Source: Verrucomicrobiota bacterium
GTDB lineage: Bacteria; Verrucomicrobiota; Verrucomicrobiia; Limisphaerales; CANJXF01
Length of the DNA stretch: 41,256 nt
NCBI GenBank assembly: GCA_038214755.1
Contig: JBBQRQ010000042.1
Location: 1 to 41,256 of the forward strand
Direction: 5' to 3'
A model generated the notes under the pieces. It ran no database searches, was not told where the DNA came from, and worked only from the letters and a program-made list of their open reading frames with translations. Each line of letters begins with the position of its first letter. Positions within the stretch are counted from its first letter, which is position 1. A program made the translations under genes and the position numbers. Positions 10,709-21,635 of this stretch are shown here, one piece after another.

Positions 10709-10767
10709 CGCGTTGACTCAAAATAAAAGGACACCGGGGGAGTTGGCTTTTATTTTGAGTCAACGCG
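10709..10767. repeat. Perfect 21-bp inverted repeat with 17-nt spacer
   Basis: cgcgttgactcaaaataaaag (10709-10729) / cttttattttgagtcaacgcg (10747-10767). Confidence 0.85.
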
Positions 10768-10846
10768 CTCCCGAGTTGCCTTTGGAAAACTTTTCTCTTT
10801 CCACTCTCAATTCAACGTAATAGTTTCGGCGCAACCACCAATCTTT

Positions 10847-13800
10847 ATGAATCTAAAAAATATTTTCTCGACGGTAATTGTTTCAGTTCTTTCTTTCATC
10901 GGCAGCGCCCGCGCCGACATCACCAGCGGCCTTGTGCTTTACCTTCCATTGAACGAAACCAGTGGACTGACGGCCAGCGATGCTTCCGGCCTCGGCAACA
11001 ACGGCACGCTGATTAATTTTTCCGGCGACAATTCTTATTGGACCAATGGCTGGCTCAATGGCGGGCTGCAAATTGGCGGCACGACGACGCCAGTGACCAA
11101 CTATGTTTCGATCCCCGATTCTCCGAGCTTAAATTTCAACAACACCAATGCGGTCAACACGACTTCCAATGTGTTCACGCTGGCGGTTTGGGCGAAGGTG
11201 CCGACGATTCAAACCGCTGGCGGGGCCATTCTGGCCAAAGGCACAGGCGGGAATGAGCAATACGATATAGACATCAACCCTGCCACGACTGCGGCCAGGT
11301 ACCGAATTGTGCTGCGAAATAATGCGAACGCGGCCGTGACGCTTTCTTCCACCGTCGCGCCGAACAATGCCTGGACCCACGTCGTCGTAACGGTCGATGC
11401 CAGGAATACGGCCAGTCAAACTATTCGAATGTACATCAACGGAATTTCCAATAACACTGCCACAAGCACTGTTCTTGGAACATTGAAAGCCGGCTCCAAT
11501 CCGGTCGCGGTAGGCGCTCGTCAACAAGCGGCTGCTGCCTACAATTTTGCCATTACGAATTCGACGGTGGATGAAGTTCGCATTTACAATCGAATTCTCT
11601 CGCCGAGTGATGTTTTTGAACTTTACCAGTTGGGCGGGTTTGGCAATACCAACGGCTCGATACCGACGATTACGACTCAACCGAGAAACGTGACGAATTA
11701 TGTGGGCGATGTCGCGGCTTTCACTGTCGGCGCCACTGGCACCACACCATTCTTTTATCAGTGGTTTTCCAATAATGTGGCCATCCCCAATCAGACGAAC
11801 GTCACTTTGGTTTTGACCAACGTGCAACTCTCCTGGTCGGCTGCTTATAGTGTCCAGGTTACGAACATCATTGGCGCGACGAACAGCACGGCGGCCTTTT
11901 TGCAGGTGCAACCATTGCCTGCCGCGAACATCACAGCTAATCTCGTTGGCTATTGGAAATTTGATGACGGCAGTGGTTCTTCGACTGCCGCTGATTCCTC
12001 TGGGAACGGAAATCCAGGAACGTTGACCGGCTTTGCAGATCTTTCCGCGGCATGGGTTACAGGCATCACCAATGGCGCCTTGAATTTTAACGCCGATTCT
12101 TCCGGTGCTCAGGTCGTCGCTATTCCCGCTGTCGGAACTCCCGGGCCAGCCGTTCTGGATTTTTCGGCAAACCCCGCGCTCACTTTGGCTGCGTGGGTCA
12201 ACGCCTCGAATTCGTTGGTGCAATCCAACGGCGCGGCCATTTTTTGCAGGGGCACCGGCGGGGGAGGCGAACAATACACTTTGGATTTGCCAACCGCGGG
12301 CTACCGCTTTTATGTCCGTAATGGCAGCAACACGAGTATCGCCGTCAACACAACGATTCGGCCTAACGGAACCTGGCAACATATCGTCGCGGCGTTTGAC
12401 GCCATCAATGGCATCCAGAATGTCTATATCAACGGCCAGTTAGTGAACATCACAGTCGCACCGACTTCCCTCACTACCAACGGCAACAGCCACGAAGTGA
12501 CCATAGGGAGTCGTCAGAGCGCAGCCGCAGCTTATAATCTACCGTTCACCGGCGCAATTGACGATGCGCGCATTTACAGTCGTGCTTTGACGTCGGCGGA
12601 TGTTCAGGCGCTCTATTTGGCTGGCGGTGTTTATCCTCCGACATTTGCCACGCAACCTCAGGGAGGTTCGCGTTATGTTGGTGATGATGTGACTTTGTCG
12701 GCTGTCGTAGCCGGCACCGCTCCTATTGCTTATCAATGGCGAAAAAATGCGACCAACATTGTGGGCGCGACTAATCTAAGTCTTATCTTTACGAATCTTC
12801 AACTGACCAATGCGGGCACTTACACTCTTTTTGTGAGCAACGGCTATGGCACTAACCTGAGCGCTCCCGCGGTTTTGCAGGTGTCTAGTTTCGTTCTGAC
12901 CAATTCGCTGGCGGCCTATTGGAAGTTTGACGAGGGTAGCGGTTCCACTGCGGTAGATTCTTCCACAAACGCAAATAATGGGTTCCTTGTGGGTAGCGAC
13001 TACCGATGGGTAGCTGGCCGTATCGGCGGTGCTTTAAACGTCAATACCCTGGGTTCGTTAAACACTTATGTTAGCGTTCCGGACTCCCCTTCGTTGAATT
13101 TTGATACTAGCTTGCAATTCTCACTTACGGCGTGGGTGAGAGGTTCAGGGACACAAGTCAGTGGCGCTGGCATCATCGCAAAGGGCACCGGGGGCGGCGG
13201 TGAACAGTATGCGCTGGACGTACAATCGGGCGTCATTCGATTCTTCGTTCGTAACGCCGCCGCCGTCGCCTCCGCACTGGCCAGCACTGTGCCTCCTTCA
13301 GGCACTTGGCAGCATGTAGTTGCTACTTATGATGGATCGACCGGCGCTATGAGGCTCTACGTCAATGGCCTCTTAGTCGGTTCTCTCACTGGACCGACGG
13401 CTCTTCTGGCAAACACTGGTCATGAAGTGAGCATTGGAAACAGGCAAAGCGGTAGTGCCGCTTACAACTTCCCCTTCGCAGGAATGATTGATGACGTGCG
13501 TATCTATACGCGGGCGTTGAATGCTTCGGATGTGCAACAGCTTTATTCTTCGGCGGGACCTTTTGCGCCGGTCATTTACTCATTCAGTCCCACCAATGGC
13601 GCGTTGTTGGCCGGCGATAATGTGACTTTCTCCGCTTCTGCCGACGGTGATGCGCCTTTAAGTTATCAATGGCTAAAGAATGGAACGAATATACCCAACG
13701 CCACCAACCTGACCTACACCTTGAACAACATTCAAACTTCCGATTCGGGTAATTATACCTTCCTCGTTTCTAATGGAACGAGTGCCAGCACGAACGTTGT

Positions 13801-14686
13801 CGTCTCCGTCCAAGCGGTGCCCGCGCCGGCATTAACCAGCAGCCTCGTTGCCTACTGGACTTTCGACGAAACCACCGGAACCGCCGTCGCCGATTCATCA
13901 GGCAACGGAAATAGCATGACGCTTTATAACTTTGCTGGTGACAATTCCCAATGGGGAGCAGGTCGCATCGGAGGTGCTTTGCACCTGAACGCCAACGGGT
14001 CGGTGAGCAATCAGTTTGGCGGCGTCGACCAGCCTCTTACCCTTCAAAACGGGGATCGATTTAGTTTCAGCTTTTGGGCAAAACTCGATCCGGGACCGCA
14101 TGGAACTAACCCTCGTTTCATCACACCACAACTCACCCATTGGGTTCTGTGGACTCCGGGTCGGGGGGTCGGATTTTTCACTCCCACCAACAGCACCGAA
14201 CCTTCCAGCAATAGCTGGACTCACTACGTAGTGGCGTTTGATCGCGTGGCGGGGACCTATACTCTTTACGTTAATGGAGCGCGTGAGGCAGCGAACGTCG
14301 GACCGTATTCCAAGGGGGATCCAACCACGTCGTTGTGGCTGATTGGACATTCAGAGAGCACCGTGCCCGCGACTACTGATGTTGATTCATGGACGGGATT
14401 TCTGGATGACATGCGTGTTTACAATCGGCTGCTCAACGTCAACGACGTGCGCGCGCTCTATTATTCGGCTGGTGGCCAGCCCGCGCTTTCGATCACACAG
14501 AACGGAAACAACGTCGTCCTCTCCTGGTCCTCGGCGGCCACTGGATTTAATTTACAAAGCACCGATGTGCTCGGCACCGGTTGGACAAATGTCGCCGGAA
14601 CACCAACAGCTTCGGACGATGGGCTGACGCAATCGATTACGGTGGCCGCGAGCGGCAACGCGAAATTCTATCGTTTGCAGAAGTAA
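10847..14686 (+). CDS. Secreted protein with four LamG-like jellyroll domains, three Ig-like domains and a C-terminal FYR-type domain
   Basis: Signal peptide; four repeats from LVxYWx[12 protein letters not shown] to IDDVRIYxRAL; Ig repeats with YQW and GxYT; ends AKFYRLQK. Confidence 0.9.
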   Translation: MNLKNIFSTVIVSVLSFIGSARADITSGLVLYLPLNETSGLTASDASGLGNNGTLINFSGDNSYWTNGWLNGGLQIGGTTTPVTNYVSIPDSPSLNFNNTNAVNTTSNVFTLAVWAKVPTIQTAGGAILAKGTGGNEQYDIDINPATTAARYRIVLRNNANAAVTLSSTVAPNNAWTHVVVTVDARNTASQTIRMYINGISNNTATSTVLGTLKAGSNPVAVGARQQAAAAYNFAITNSTVDEVRIYNRILSPSDVFELYQLGGFGNTNGSIPTITTQPRNVTNYVGDVAAFTVGATGTTPFFYQWFSNNVAIPNQTNVTLVLTNVQLSWSAAYSVQVTNIIGATNSTAAFLQVQPLPAANITANLVGYWKFDDGSGSSTAADSSGNGNPGTLTGFADLSAAWVTGITNGALNFNADSSGAQVVAIPAVGTPGPAVLDFSANPALTLAAWVNASNSLVQSNGAAIFCRGTGGGGEQYTLDLPTAGYRFYVRNGSNTSIAVNTTIRPNGTWQHIVAAFDAINGIQNVYINGQLVNITVAPTSLTTNGNSHEVTIGSRQSAAAAYNLPFTGAIDDARIYSRALTSADVQALYLAGGVYPPTFATQPQGGSRYVGDDVTLSAVVAGTAPIAYQWRKNATNIVGATNLSLIFTNLQLTNAGTYTLFVSNGYGTNLSAPAVLQVSSFVLTNSLAAYWKFDEGSGSTAVDSSTNANNGFLVGSDYRWVAGRIGGALNVNTLGSLNTYVSVPDSPSLNFDTSLQFSLTAWVRGSGTQVSGAGIIAKGTGGGGEQYALDVQSGVIRFFVRNAAAVASALASTVPPSGTWQHVVATYDGSTGAMRLYVNGLLVGSLTGPTALLANTGHEVSIGNRQSGSAAYNFPFAGMIDDVRIYTRALNASDVQQLYSSAGPFAPVIYSFSPTNGALLAGDNVTFSASADGDAPLSYQWLKNGTNIPNATNLTYTLNNIQTSDSGNYTFLVSNGTSASTNVVVSVQAVPAPALTSSLVAYWTFDETTGTAVADSSGNGNSMTLYNFAGDNSQWGAGRIGGALHLNANGSVSNQFGGVDQPLTLQNGDRFSFSFWAKLDPGPHGTNPRFITPQLTHWVLWTPGRGVGFFTPTNSTEPSSNSWTHYVVAFDRVAGTYTLYVNGAREAANVGPYSKGDPTTSLWLIGHSESTVPATTDVDSWTGFLDDMRVYNRLLNVNDVRALYYSAGGQPALSITQNGNNVVLSWSSAATGFNLQSTDVLGTGWTNVAGTPTASDDGLTQSITVAASGNAKFYRLQK

Positions 14687-14735
14687 AAAAACGAGAGAAT
14701 CTTTTTCACAGATCGAATTTCTTGAGAAAAATTAC

Positions 14736-15605
14736 ATGACCGCATTGCGACATTTTTTCAACGGCGTGCAAAAGAAAAAGCCAACAGCATTTACGTTGAT
14801 TGAACTTCTCGTCGTTATCGCAATCATCGCGATATTGGCGGGACTGTTATTGCCTGCATTGGCCAAAGCCAAGGCCAAGACCAAAGGCATTCAATGCATG
14901 AACAACAACAAGCATTTGATGCTGGCGTGGCGCATGTACGCTGACGATAATCGTGATGGATTGGTTGCTGCGATGAGTGTAGGTGAAGTGGCCGCTAACG
15001 CTTTTCCCGGGCGGACAAATTGGGTTAACCAAAGCTTGGACTGGTCATCAAACGTGAAAAATTGGGATATAACTCAAGATTTAACCGTCGGACCGCTCTG
15101 GAATTATTCAGGCAAATCGGCCGCTATCTACAGGTGTCCCTCTGACCCGGCGGTTGTGCCTAATAACGTCGGAGCGAAGGTGTCGCGCATCCGTAGCATT
15201 TCCATGAGTCAGGTGTTCGGTGTGGGATCGTGGCTTCCTTATCCTTCCTATCGACGATATGCCAAGCTTGCTTCCATTGTCCTTCCCACGAAAACCTTTG
15301 TCTTTGTCGATGAGCATCCCAACAGTATCAATGACGCTGCCTTTGCCACCCAATGCGCCGGAAATCAGCCAAGTGATGGGCCGTTTTCAGCAACCATTAT
15401 TGATGTGCCCGCCACTTATCACAATGGGGCGGCCGTCTTTTCTTTTTCTGATGGCCACGCTGAAATTCACCGATGGGCCAGTGACAAACTAAAGAAAGTA
15501 GGCACCAGCATCGGCGACAATGGTGCGCTGGCAACCTTACCCAGAACGGATGCCACGTTCTTGCGCGACGGACATTGGCTGGCGGAGAACTCAACGGTGA
15601 AGTGA
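14736..15605 (+). CDS. Prepilin-type N-terminal methylation / H-X9-DG protein
   Basis: [51 protein letters not shown]. Confidence 0.9.
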   Translation: MTALRHFFNGVQKKKPTAFTLIELLVVIAIIAILAGLLLPALAKAKAKTKGIQCMNNNKHLMLAWRMYADDNRDGLVAAMSVGEVAANAFPGRTNWVNQSLDWSSNVKNWDITQDLTVGPLWNYSGKSAAIYRCPSDPAVVPNNVGAKVSRIRSISMSQVFGVGSWLPYPSYRRYAKLASIVLPTKTFVFVDEHPNSINDAAFATQCAGNQPSDGPFSATIIDVPATYHNGAAVFSFSDGHAEIHRWASDKLKKVGTSIGDNGALATLPRTDATFLRDGHWLAENSTVK

Positions 15606-15638
15606 GGGCAAGCTCCAATGACTAATGATTCAGGAGTT

Positions 15639-16397
15639 ATGAAAAGTTTCAGTTCATTTCAACAACAACGGAAAGCTTTTACCCTCATTGAGCTTCTGGT
15701 CGTTATCGCGATCATTGCGATTTTAGCGGGATTACTTTTACCTGCTTTAGCAAAAGCAAAAGACAAGGCGAGCATGACTTTATGCCTGAATAATCTTAAA
15801 CAATTGAACTTAGCCATGGTTCTCTACACTTCGGACAATCGTGACAAAACTCCAACTGTGGACAGTGTCCCCCCTGTCCCCCCTCACGACATCTGGTGGT
15901 GGTACAAGGAATTGGATAAGTCTTACGCAGGCATCACGGGGCCGTCCACGAATACAGACCGGGTCTTCCAGTGTCCGAAAGATCGGGGTTGGCCATCTCG
16001 CGCAGCCGCAGGCAATTCTTACGACAAGCCTCATCATCAGAATCCAACCCTGGATTTTGGAAGTTACGTTTTCAATGGTGTCGGGGCCGTCAATGGCGTC
16101 GGGCAAAATCAAAACACCAATCATTTGCTGAATATTTCTTTGTCCACCGTCAAACATCCGGTGCGCACGGTCATGATGGCTGAGTGGCCCATCCATTGGA
16201 GCTATTCGTGGCACAAAAACAAACCGGGTGCGGGCAACACTGACATTGCATTCAAGGATGCTCTCGTCAGTGTCAGTTTCGTCGATGGACACGCTGCATT
16301 TATCAAAGTCTATTGGAACGCGTTTTTGGGAAATCCTTTTTCCTATTCTACTGCGCAAATTCCGCCAAGTTATGGGTATCAGTTTGCCCCGGACTGA
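15639..16397 (+). CDS. Prepilin-type N-terminal methylation domain protein, copy 2
   Basis: Paralog of 9276-10007 ([24 protein letters not shown]). ATG 15639 follows ggag and aligns with the copy 1 start. Confidence 0.9.
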   Translation: MKSFSSFQQQRKAFTLIELLVVIAIIAILAGLLLPALAKAKDKASMTLCLNNLKQLNLAMVLYTSDNRDKTPTVDSVPPVPPHDIWWWYKELDKSYAGITGPSTNTDRVFQCPKDRGWPSRAAAGNSYDKPHHQNPTLDFGSYVFNGVGAVNGVGQNQNTNHLLNISLSTVKHPVRTVMMAEWPIHWSYSWHKNKPGAGNTDIAFKDALVSVSFVDGHAAFIKVYWNAFLGNPFSYSTAQIPPSYGYQFAPD

Positions 16398-16402
16398 TTC
16401 GC

Positions 16403-17050
16403 ATGAAACAAAATTTGTTTGCCGTTTTATTCCTGGCCGTTCTTTGTCTCAACTTCGCTTCCTGCAAGCCAAAAGAACTTCGCACTCAAGCCCAAGCCGG
16501 TTCCTCGCTTGGCTCCGTCCTTGCCGAAGAAACCATCCACGCCGTCGGGGCAAAAAAAAGTGTTTTGATCCTCACTCAACAGAATGCCAAAGGAAGTATG
16601 TCATCAGCGGAAACCCAATTTCGAAAATCGTTGAAGAAAAATGGCGTGACGATTGTCGCCACTCTTTCGCCTGCGCTGGGCGACCCGATGAGTTACGACG
16701 CGTACGGTTTGCAGCCGCGCGATTTTGTCGAAGCACTTGAAAAATTTTCAGACGCAGGGGCGATTGTGTCCTTCATTGGCGCGCCGATTTTCAAGCCTGC
16801 TCAATTCGGAAGTTTGCCGGCCGCGCATCCGCCGGTTCTGGTGGTGGTGGTTGCTTCCCTCGGAGAAGTTCCGGGTGTCACGGGCAACCGAACGGTATTG
16901 CCGCAACTGCTCGACGCAAAAATAATTCAACTCGCCATCGTGGACGGTCCCGCTTCGCCGGCGACCAATGCGAGTTCGAGTGACGATGCCCACAAATTAT
17001 TTTCTCAAAATTTTCAAATCCTCCGGGCTTCTTCAGGCACTGTTCCTTGA
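16403..17050 (+). CDS. Putative lipoprotein, copy 2
   Basis: MKQNLFAVLFLAVLCLNFASC; closely similar to 10013-10654. Confidence 0.8.
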   Translation: MKQNLFAVLFLAVLCLNFASCKPKELRTQAQAGSSLGSVLAEETIHAVGAKKSVLILTQQNAKGSMSSAETQFRKSLKKNGVTIVATLSPALGDPMSYDAYGLQPRDFVEALEKFSDAGAIVSFIGAPIFKPAQFGSLPAAHPPVLVVVVASLGEVPGVTGNRTVLPQLLDAKIIQLAIVDGPASPATNASSSDDAHKLFSQNFQILRASSGTVP

Positions 17051-17129
17051 CGAATAATTTATGCGTCCTGGTTTGATTCCCAACCGCCACAAATTCATCG
17101 TGTGCTGCGCGTGGAGCAATGGCGAAAAT

Positions 17130-17264
17130 GGATCGTTGGTTGGGTGGATTACGCCGGATCCGGTCGGCGGCAACCATCCAAATATCCAACGATCCAACCA
17201 TCCAAATATCCAACGATCCAACCATCCAAATATCCAACGATCCAACGATCCGACTATCCAATCC
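17130..17264. repeat. Octamer tandem array with 24-bp higher-order period and a short inverted arm
   Basis: (caaccatc caaatatc caacgatc)x3 + caacgatc cgactatc from 17171; complementary ggatcgttggttgggtggatt at ~17130-17150. Confidence 0.85.
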
Positions 17265-17324
17265 GTTGCGCGCCCAACGGAATTGCGGATGTGCTTAAAA
17301 GCGGGTGAGGCTGGATTTGGTTTC

Positions 17325-17451
17325 TTGGACTGCGGCGGCATGACGCCGCTTTTCCTGCACGTTCCGCGATGGAGCAAGTGCGCAAAATGAAGAACCTTTC
17401 CGGCTTTTCCACCGTGCCGCCAAAGCGGGGACGTGTCCCCCGCAGTCCAAA
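17325..17451. repeat. REP-like doublet (ttggactgcgg...ccgcagtccaa family)
   Basis: ttggactgcggcggcatgacgccgctttt ... aaagcggggacgtgtcccccgcagtccaa; related element at 37311-37463. Confidence 0.7.
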
Positions 17452-17517
17452 ATAACATCGGTTCCAACCTCACCCACTTTTAATCACACCACGGAATTGC
17501 CTCGGCGGAAATAAGGC

Positions 17518-17545
17518 TTGCGGTGCAGAAAATTGCTTTTATATT
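17518..17545 (+). promoter_or_regulatory. Putative sigma70 promoter of the tRNA
   Basis: TTGCGG-N16-TATATT followed by a GC-rich discriminator just upstream of the tRNA. Confidence 0.45.
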
Positions 17546-17558
17546 GCGCTCCCTTGAT

Positions 17559-17635
17559 CGCGGGGTGGAGCAGCCTGGTAGCTCGTCAGGCTCATAACCT
17601 GAAGGCCGTGGGTTCAAATCCCACCCCCGCAACCA
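17559..17635 (+). tRNA. tRNA-Met (CAT), initiator fMet type
   Basis: CGCGGGG acceptor stem with C1:A72 mismatch, anticodon arm tcagg-ctCATaa-cctga, GGTTCAAAT T-loop, encoded CCA; 77 nt. Confidence 0.95.
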
Positions 17636-17692
17636 ATTTCTCGATGACTCGCCGGGCGCGGCCAAACGCAGGAAAAAGAAAGCACGCAGCTT

Positions 17693-18121
17693 ATGCAAAC
17701 CACACAAAGCAAAGCCCGTTTTGGCGGACATCGCGGTGGAAATATTCTGGAATTTTACACGGAAGAATTCAGACCGGAATCAACTTCAGTAGAAATCTTC
17801 CGGCAACAGGTCATCCAATGGTTTTTTGCCGTAAAGCACCTTCGTTTTTTTGAAACGAATAGATTGACTGATCAACCAGCGCCGGAAGATTTGGCCAGTC
17901 ACAGAATGGTTTGCTCCGCTCTCATCACCTTCGGCGAGTTCGCCAGCAACTTTGCCAGAAAAAACAAATCACAGATTGATTTGGGGGCTGTGGGGTTATC
18001 CGTGGAATGCGTCGAAGCTGAAACGCGATTGCTTCGCAACAACTTCAAAATGTTTCACGACCATACGATTTCTTACGCTGAGGCGGATGCGGTGCTGAAG
18101 GAAGCGTTTAATGAAGCGTGA
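17693..18121 (+). CDS. Hypothetical protein
   Basis: 142-aa ORF overlapping the next ORF; no recognised motif. Confidence 0.6.
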   Translation: MQTTQSKARFGGHRGGNILEFYTEEFRPESTSVEIFRQQVIQWFFAVKHLRFFETNRLTDQPAPEDLASHRMVCSALITFGEFASNFARKNKSQIDLGAVGLSVECVEAETRLLRNNFKMFHDHTISYAEADAVLKEAFNEA

Positions 18122-18341
18122 AGATGTCTTGAGCAAAATGTTCGAGGCGGAATTTTGCGAACCGACTGACAAGGCAAACAAGGAGCGCGAACTTCAAGAA
18201 GTATTGGTGCAGGCTTCTGAGCAAACCAGAAAACCGCTTTACCTACTGCACCCGGCGTTTCTCAAAGTTTATCCCCAATACCGAGCTAAACGACTTGGCA
18301 AAGAATTTCCCGATCTGCCGTTCAACCTCCGAGACCAATAA
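18111..18341 (+). CDS. Hypothetical protein
   Basis: 76-aa ORF coupled to the previous gene. Confidence 0.55.
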   Translation: MKREDVLSKMFEAEFCEPTDKANKERELQEVLVQASEQTRKPLYLLHPAFLKVYPQYRAKRLGKEFPDLPFNLRDQ

Positions 18342-18393
18342 GTTCCATTTCTTTGCGCCTTTCTATCTTCGCGTCTTTGCGTTAAAAAAAACT

Positions 18394-20415
18394 ATGGAAT
18401 CCGAACGCAAAACTCTCGACGACCGCAACAAGATGACCGACCTCGAACGCCTGCGCCATTCCTGTGCGCACGTGCTCGCGACGGCGATTCTGAAACTCTG
18501 GCCCGACGCGCAATTCGCCGCCGGGCCGCCCGTTGAAAATGGTTTTTATTACGACGTGGAATTGTCGCACCGCATTTCGCCGGAAGATTTCGCGAAGATC
18601 GAAGCGGAGATGAAGGCGATCACAAAAGCCAATCAGCCTTTTGAAAAAGTTGTCGTCACGCGCGAACAGGCCTTGGCGGATGCGAAATCGGGAAAACTTG
18701 CCGCGCTCGGCGAACGCAGCACTCCGAGCAAATTCAAGTTGGACATTGTTGAGAATATTCCGGCGAACGAACCGATTTCTTATTTCAAGAATGGCGATTT
18801 CATCGATCTCTGCGCCGGGCCGCACGTCATGCGCACGGGCAACATCGGCGCGTTCAAGCTCACGCATGTCGCCAGTGCCTACTACAAAGGCGACGACAAA
18901 AATCCGCAGCTGCAACGCATTTACGGCACCGCGTTCAAAAACAAAACCGAGATGGACGCTTACTTCACGATGTTGGAAGAGGCGAAGAAACGCGACCACC
19001 GGAAAATCGGCACGGAGATGGGCTTGTTCGCCATCGACACGGAATTTGTCGGGCCCGGTCTGCCGCTCTGGTTGCCGAAAGGCACGGCAATTTTGGAGGA
19101 ACTGGAAAAGCTCGCGAAGGAAACGGAATTTCAGGCGGGTTATGTGCGCGTGAAGACGCCGCACATTGCGCGGGAGAAAATGTATAAAACGAGCGGCCAC
19201 CTGCCGTATTACGCCGAGTCGATGTTTCCAGCGATGCAGATGAAATTTGATCCTGAGGAAGAACGGCAGATAGTGAAGCTCGAAGCAATAATCGAGGAAA
19301 AATCCAAAGCGATACAGGCCTTTGAACGTATTTTCTCTACCATGAAAATGGAGGAGGCGGCCAAAGATCATCGCGATAAGCTAGATCAGTTTGAGCAGTA
19401 TAAGCGTGACTTGGCCGAGATCAGCGACAAGCGAGATGAAACCCTTAGTCACAATCGCTATTACCTCAAAGCCATGAACTGTCCGCATCACCACCGCATT
19501 TTTGCGGCGGAACCGCACAGTTATCGCGACCTGCCGTTGCGCCTGGCCGAATACGGCACCTGCTATCGCTACGAACAGTCGGGCGAGTTGTTCGGCCTCA
19601 TGCGCGTGCGCTCGCTCAACATGAACGACGCCCACATTTATTGCACCGAAGACCAGTTCGCGGAGGAGTTTCGCGCCGTCAACGACATGTATCTGAAATA
19701 TTTTAAAATCTTCGGATTGGAAAAATATCAGATGCGTTTCAGCACCTCCTCGCCCGAAGGTCTGGGCAAGAAATACGTCAACGAACCGGAGCTGTGGAAA
19801 AAAACCGAGGACATGGTGCGCAAAGTGTTGATCGATTCCGGCATCAACTTTGTGGAAGTCGCCAACGAAGCCGCGTTTTACGGCCCGAAAATCGACGTGC
19901 AGGTCTGGAGCGCCATCGGCCGCGAATTCACAATTGCGACCAACCAGGTGGATTTCGCCGTGCCCGCGAAGTTCGGCCTGAAATATCGCGACAAGGATAA
20001 TTCCGAGAAAACGCCGTTGTGCATTCATCGCGCGCCGCTCGGCACACACGAACGTTTCATCGGATTCCTGATCGAACATTACGCCGGCAATTTCCCGCTC
20101 TGGCTCGCGCCGGAACAGGTGCGCGTCCTGACGCTCAACGCCGACGACAATCTCGTGGCCTACGCCAAAGACATCGCCCAACAACTCCGCGCCGCCGAAG
20201 TCCGCGTGACCAGCGACCTTGGCCCCGAACCGATCAAAGCGAAAATCGCCGAAGCCGAACAAGCCAAAGTCCACACCATGCTCGTCATCGGTGGCCGCGA
20301 CGTGGAATCGGGTAACGTGAGCGTGCGTTTGCATGGGAAAGGGAATGTGGGGGCGAAGGCGAAGGGGGAAGTGGTGGCGGAGATTCTAGCATCGATTCGA
20401 AAACGACAGGATTAA
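18394..20415 (+). CDS. thrS: Threonine--tRNA ligase (no TGS domain; ~65-aa internal insert)
   Basis: [79 protein letters not shown] at 18394. Confidence 0.98.
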   Translation: MESERKTLDDRNKMTDLERLRHSCAHVLATAILKLWPDAQFAAGPPVENGFYYDVELSHRISPEDFAKIEAEMKAITKANQPFEKVVVTREQALADAKSGKLAALGERSTPSKFKLDIVENIPANEPISYFKNGDFIDLCAGPHVMRTGNIGAFKLTHVASAYYKGDDKNPQLQRIYGTAFKNKTEMDAYFTMLEEAKKRDHRKIGTEMGLFAIDTEFVGPGLPLWLPKGTAILEELEKLAKETEFQAGYVRVKTPHIAREKMYKTSGHLPYYAESMFPAMQMKFDPEEERQIVKLEAIIEEKSKAIQAFERIFSTMKMEEAAKDHRDKLDQFEQYKRDLAEISDKRDETLSHNRYYLKAMNCPHHHRIFAAEPHSYRDLPLRLAEYGTCYRYEQSGELFGLMRVRSLNMNDAHIYCTEDQFAEEFRAVNDMYLKYFKIFGLEKYQMRFSTSSPEGLGKKYVNEPELWKKTEDMVRKVLIDSGINFVEVANEAAFYGPKIDVQVWSAIGREFTIATNQVDFAVPAKFGLKYRDKDNSEKTPLCIHRAPLGTHERFIGFLIEHYAGNFPLWLAPEQVRVLTLNADDNLVAYAKDIAQQLRAAEVRVTSDLGPEPIKAKIAEAEQAKVHTMLVIGGRDVESGNVSVRLHGKGNVGAKAKGEVVAEILASIRKRQD

Positions 20416-20443
20416 TTCACAACTGGATTGAAAAATCGAAAGC

Positions 20444-21256
20444 ATGAAAAGAGAAACTTCCTTTACGCGAACACTCTTTCCCGCGCACGTAATACGCGAA
20501 GCATTCGAGACCCTTTTTCCGAAGGAGAGTGTTGAGAAAGGTATTCGGCATTTACTATCTCTTCAGGTAGGCAAAGACAAGTGGACGTACGATTCGTTCG
20601 AGCAGTTCTTAGCGGATTATCCAAGGCATACAGGTTACGTTTATGGCGATCTCCACGACGATAAGCACCAGTTGATCATCAGTGTCAGAACCCACGATAC
20701 CGGCATCCAAGTGAAAGCTTCGACGCATGGCCCTATTAACGCCACATTCTCAGTGTTCGAGCGCGCAGCCGATGCATGCAGACTACCTCCACCTCCTGAG
20801 CCACCCAAACCTGTAAAGCCCCCTCCCGTCGTTTTTGTCGGCCACGGGCGCAGTGCGCTTTGGCGCGCCCTCAAAGACCATCTCGCCGAAAAGCACGGTT
20901 ATCGCGTCGAAGCGTACGAAGTCGGCGCACGGGCTGGACATACGATCAGGGACATTCTGGCGGACATGCTTGGAAAATCTTCTTTCGCCTGTTTGGTTCT
21001 GACAGCAGAGGATGAAATGGCCGATGGAACGATGAGGTCTCGCCAAAATGTCATTCACGAAACGGGATTGTTCCAGGGACGTTTGGGTTTCAGTCGGGCG
21101 ATTGTGCTGCTTGAAGAGGGTGCAGAGGAGTTTTCCAACATCGAAGGCATACAGCAAATCCGATTCTCCAAGGGAAACATCAAGGAAACATTTGGCGAAG
21201 TACTCGCAACTCTAAGGCGTGAGTTTGGCCCAACATCTGGCGATGCTAAAGGCTAA
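20444..21256 (+). CDS. TIR-like nucleotide-binding domain protein (CAP12/Pycsar-type TIR) with an unknown N-terminal domain
   Basis: VFVGHGRS...SSFACLVLTAED...RSRQNVIHETGLFQGRLGFSRAIVLLE...FSNIEGI; Pro-rich linker. Confidence 0.85.
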   Translation: MKRETSFTRTLFPAHVIREAFETLFPKESVEKGIRHLLSLQVGKDKWTYDSFEQFLADYPRHTGYVYGDLHDDKHQLIISVRTHDTGIQVKASTHGPINATFSVFERAADACRLPPPPEPPKPVKPPPVVFVGHGRSALWRALKDHLAEKHGYRVEAYEVGARAGHTIRDILADMLGKSSFACLVLTAEDEMADGTMRSRQNVIHETGLFQGRLGFSRAIVLLEEGAEEFSNIEGIQQIRFSKGNIKETFGEVLATLRREFGPTSGDAKG

Positions 21257-21265
21257 CGGAATTTT

Positions 21266-21359
21266 CCGTTGCGCCTGGCCGAATACGGCACCTGCTATCG
21301 CTACGAACAATCGGGCGAGTTGTTCGGCCTCATGCGCGTCCGCTCGCTCAACATGAACG
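21266..21359 (+). pseudogene. thrS: thrS fragment 1 (copy of 19534-19627)
   Basis: 94 nt nearly identical to thrS, encoding [31 protein letters not shown]. Confidence 0.92.
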
Positions 21360-21407
21360 TTTGGCAAATCTCCTTTGCTTCAAATTGAAAGTGCGTATTT
21401 TATCACT

Positions 21408-21635
21408 ATGAAAACCGCCAGCGTTCAGCAACTGCCGCAGAAGTGGACCCAGATTTTGGAGTGGGTCGCCGCTGGCGAAGAAGTGGAACTCACGGCGCAA
21501 GAAAAGGTCGTCGCTCGAATCGTTCCAGCCAGCCAGCCTGATTTTCTGGCGCGCGCAAAAAAGATTTGGGGCGAACAACCGTCAGGCCAGCCGTTGAGTG
21601 AATTGATTTCTCAAGCGCGCGGAGGAGAGTCGTGA
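21408..21635 (+). CDS. Phd/YefM-family antitoxin (VapB role)
   Basis: MKTASVQQL...ILEWVAAGEEVELT...VVARIVP; overlaps the PIN toxin start. Confidence 0.85.
   Translation: MKTASVQQLPQKWTQILEWVAAGEEVELTAQEKVVARIVPASQPDFLARAKKIWGEQPSGQPLSELISQARGGES

Noticed and set aside
11129..12382. 417-aa minus-strand ORF
   Set aside because: Antisense shadow of the LamG gene; no motifs.
17171..17264. Possible CRISPR array or repeat-protein ORFs
   Set aside because: Contiguous 8-bp units with no unique spacers and no cas genes; the ORFs are translations of the repeat.
17559..17635. tRNA-targeted island (attL/attR)
   Set aside because: I found no second copy of the tRNA 3' end and no integrase in the window.
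19240..19458. Intein or intron in thrS
   Set aside because: No N-terminal C/S plus C-terminal HN-C/S/T splice motifs at the boundaries; too short; frame uninterrupted.
18382..20334. Two long minus-strand ORFs (329 and 317 aa)
   Set aside because: Antisense shadows of thrS; they recur opposite each thrS relic.
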